Below, in pieces: positions 25,594 through 25,637 of a DNA stretch of 25,637 nt. The notes under the pieces are model-generated. The model saw nothing but the letters and a program-made list of their open reading frames with translations, had not been told where the DNA came from and made no database searches. The stretch is from a candidate division Zixibacteria bacterium DG_27 (GTDB lineage: Bacteria; Zixibacteria; MSB-5A5; DG-27), in contig LIZU01000002.1 in the NCBI GenBank assembly GCA_001302725.1, forward strand, positions 1 through 25,637, given 5' to 3'. A program made the translations under genes and the position numbers. Within the stretch, counting starts at the first letter, position 1. Each line of letters begins with the position of its first letter.

Positions 25594-25630
25594 GTAGCGG
25601 AAGGATTAGCGGAAGGCTTTAGCCTTCCAC
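25594..25630 (+). repeat. REP-like hairpin, family 1, with a duplicated 5' half
   Basis: GTAGCGGAAGG-AT-TAGC-GGAAGGC-TTTA-GCCTTCC-AC. Confidence 0.8.
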
Positions 25631-25637
25631 TTCATGG

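Noticed and set aside
1-25637. CRISPR array, tRNA, rRNA, transposase or integrase
   Set aside because: No regularly spaced direct repeats, cloverleaf, rRNA-like sequence or recombinase/transposase ORF was recognisable; the repeats are dispersed single or paired hairpins.

Overview
A mostly housekeeping and envelope window from a moderately GC-rich bacterium. By inference it belongs to a non-Bacteroidota lineage related to the FCB group, because it pairs Bacteroidota-like secretion genes with canonical sigma70 promoters and Shine-Dalgarno sites. Gene order: 3' end of a T9SS/FlgD-type C-terminal-domain cargo gene, thiI, murB and a 1976-aa SprA-like outer-membrane translocon (all +). Then, on the minus strand, cysE, cysK, a biotin carrier protein, a YoaP-type GNAT, biotin carboxylase, an orphan Cys-motif membrane protein, a PAP2 phosphatase, a YihV-like PfkB kinase, yigZ, coaX and birA. 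A GT2 glycosyltransferase (+) follows, and the batA-E cluster (-) closes the window. No rRNA, tRNA, CRISPR array, transposase or integrase was seen. The most notable signals are outside the annotated genes: (i) two families of GTAG-led REP-like hairpins with compensatory stem changes, one copy overlapping the cargo gene's stop codon; (ii) a gene-less sigma70 promoter pointing into a ~135-nt rod-folding + strand sequence between cysK and the biotin carrier gene, a candidate 6S-like or novel sRNA; (iii) an RBS-sequestering hairpin at cysK and a terminator-containing structured spacer before coaX; (iv) SprA plus CTD cargo with no other T9SS genes nearby. All calls come from reading motifs by eye; no searches or folding programs were run.
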